43,359 nt of DNA, from the sequence record OL362270.1. The stretch is one strand, 5' to 3'. Shown piece after piece: positions 43,182-43,359 of this stretch. Every line of letters starts with the position of its first letter. Positions within the stretch are counted from its first letter, which is position 1. Position numbers and translations under genes: made by a program. This DNA is from Klebsiella phage 6937. The notes beneath the pieces were generated by a model. The model was not told the DNA's origin and made no database searches. It worked only from the letters and a program-made list of their open reading frames with translations.

Positions 43182-43359
43182 ATGTGGCTAATTGACGACA
43201 TGCTGGACCGTACTGGTCCAGTACCAGGATTAGCCGTGTCGGGTGTCTCTATCTTAGGGGTCAACCTGCAAACGGCGGTTTATGTGTTAACCATTATCTA
43301 CCTACTTTTGCAAATTGGCCGCTTCGTATGGAAATGGCTTGAAGAATGGAGAGAGAAAG
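43182..43359 (+). CDS. small membrane protein, pinholin candidate (3' end runs off window; wraps to window position 8 if circular)
   Basis: ATG 43182 after AAGGGAG. It has a weakly hydrophobic Gly/Ser-rich first TM (GLAVSGVSILGV) and a strongly hydrophobic second TM (AVYVLTIIYLLLQIG), then a basic/aromatic tail. The frame continues across the junction to a TGA at positions 6-8. Confidence 0.4.
   Translation, partial: MWLIDDMLDRTGPVPGLAVSGVSILGVNLQTAVYVLTIIYLLLQIGRFVWKWLEEWREK

Noticed and set aside
1-43359. Search for tRNA genes, integrase/recombinase, transposase or other mobile-element signatures
   Set aside because: No T-loop-like GTTCRANYC sequences with matching acceptor stems were noticed in the non-coding stretches. 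No tyrosine/serine recombinase or DDE motifs appear among the ORFs. The gene content is that of a strictly lytic podophage.

Overview
The window looks like a complete, or nearly complete, genome of a lytic T7-superfamily podophage of about 43.4 kb. It appears to be rotated so that position 1 is the ATG of the small-terminase gene.

Evidence for a single rotated genome:
- Every convincing gene lies on the + strand.
- The last ORF (43182→) runs in frame across the window junction and stops at window positions 6-8, consistent with circular permutation.

Gene order:
- small and large terminase
- an atypical lysis cassette: Ig-like domain protein, SAR-type GH24 endolysin, overlapping Rz/Rz1 spanins
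- a ~1.4 kb repeat-rich non-coding region, presumably the physical ends / terminal-repeat region
- a sigma70-type early promoter and small early genes
- primase, helicase, ATP-dependent ligase, a CCA-adding-like nucleotidyltransferase, family-A DNA polymerase, 5'-3' exonuclease, endonuclease VII, a metallophosphoesterase, and a split HAD-phosphatase / P-loop-kinase pair
- single-subunit RNA polymerase placed immediately upstream of the structural module, which is phiKMV/KP34-like rather than T7-like
- portal, scaffold, major capsid, tail tubular A and B, three internal virion proteins (the largest has an N-terminal lytic transglycosylase)
- a tailspike whose C-terminal part looks like a SASA/SGNH carbohydrate esterase
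- a LamG-like tail protein
- a small two-TM pinholin candidate

A 22-nt phage-RNAP promoter consensus, ATTAGTTACACTCTAAGAACAC, occurs three times ahead of late genes. Variant copies also occur, including one on the minus strand inside the terminal region.

The most unusual signal is a strictly same-strand recurring motif, GCC(T)GCACTCGCAGACC. It occurs at least 8 times, including two identical 16-mers, in coding and non-coding contexts.

No tRNA, CRISPR, integrase or transposase signatures were seen. Host assignment (enterobacterial, Klebsiella-like GC content) is inference only.
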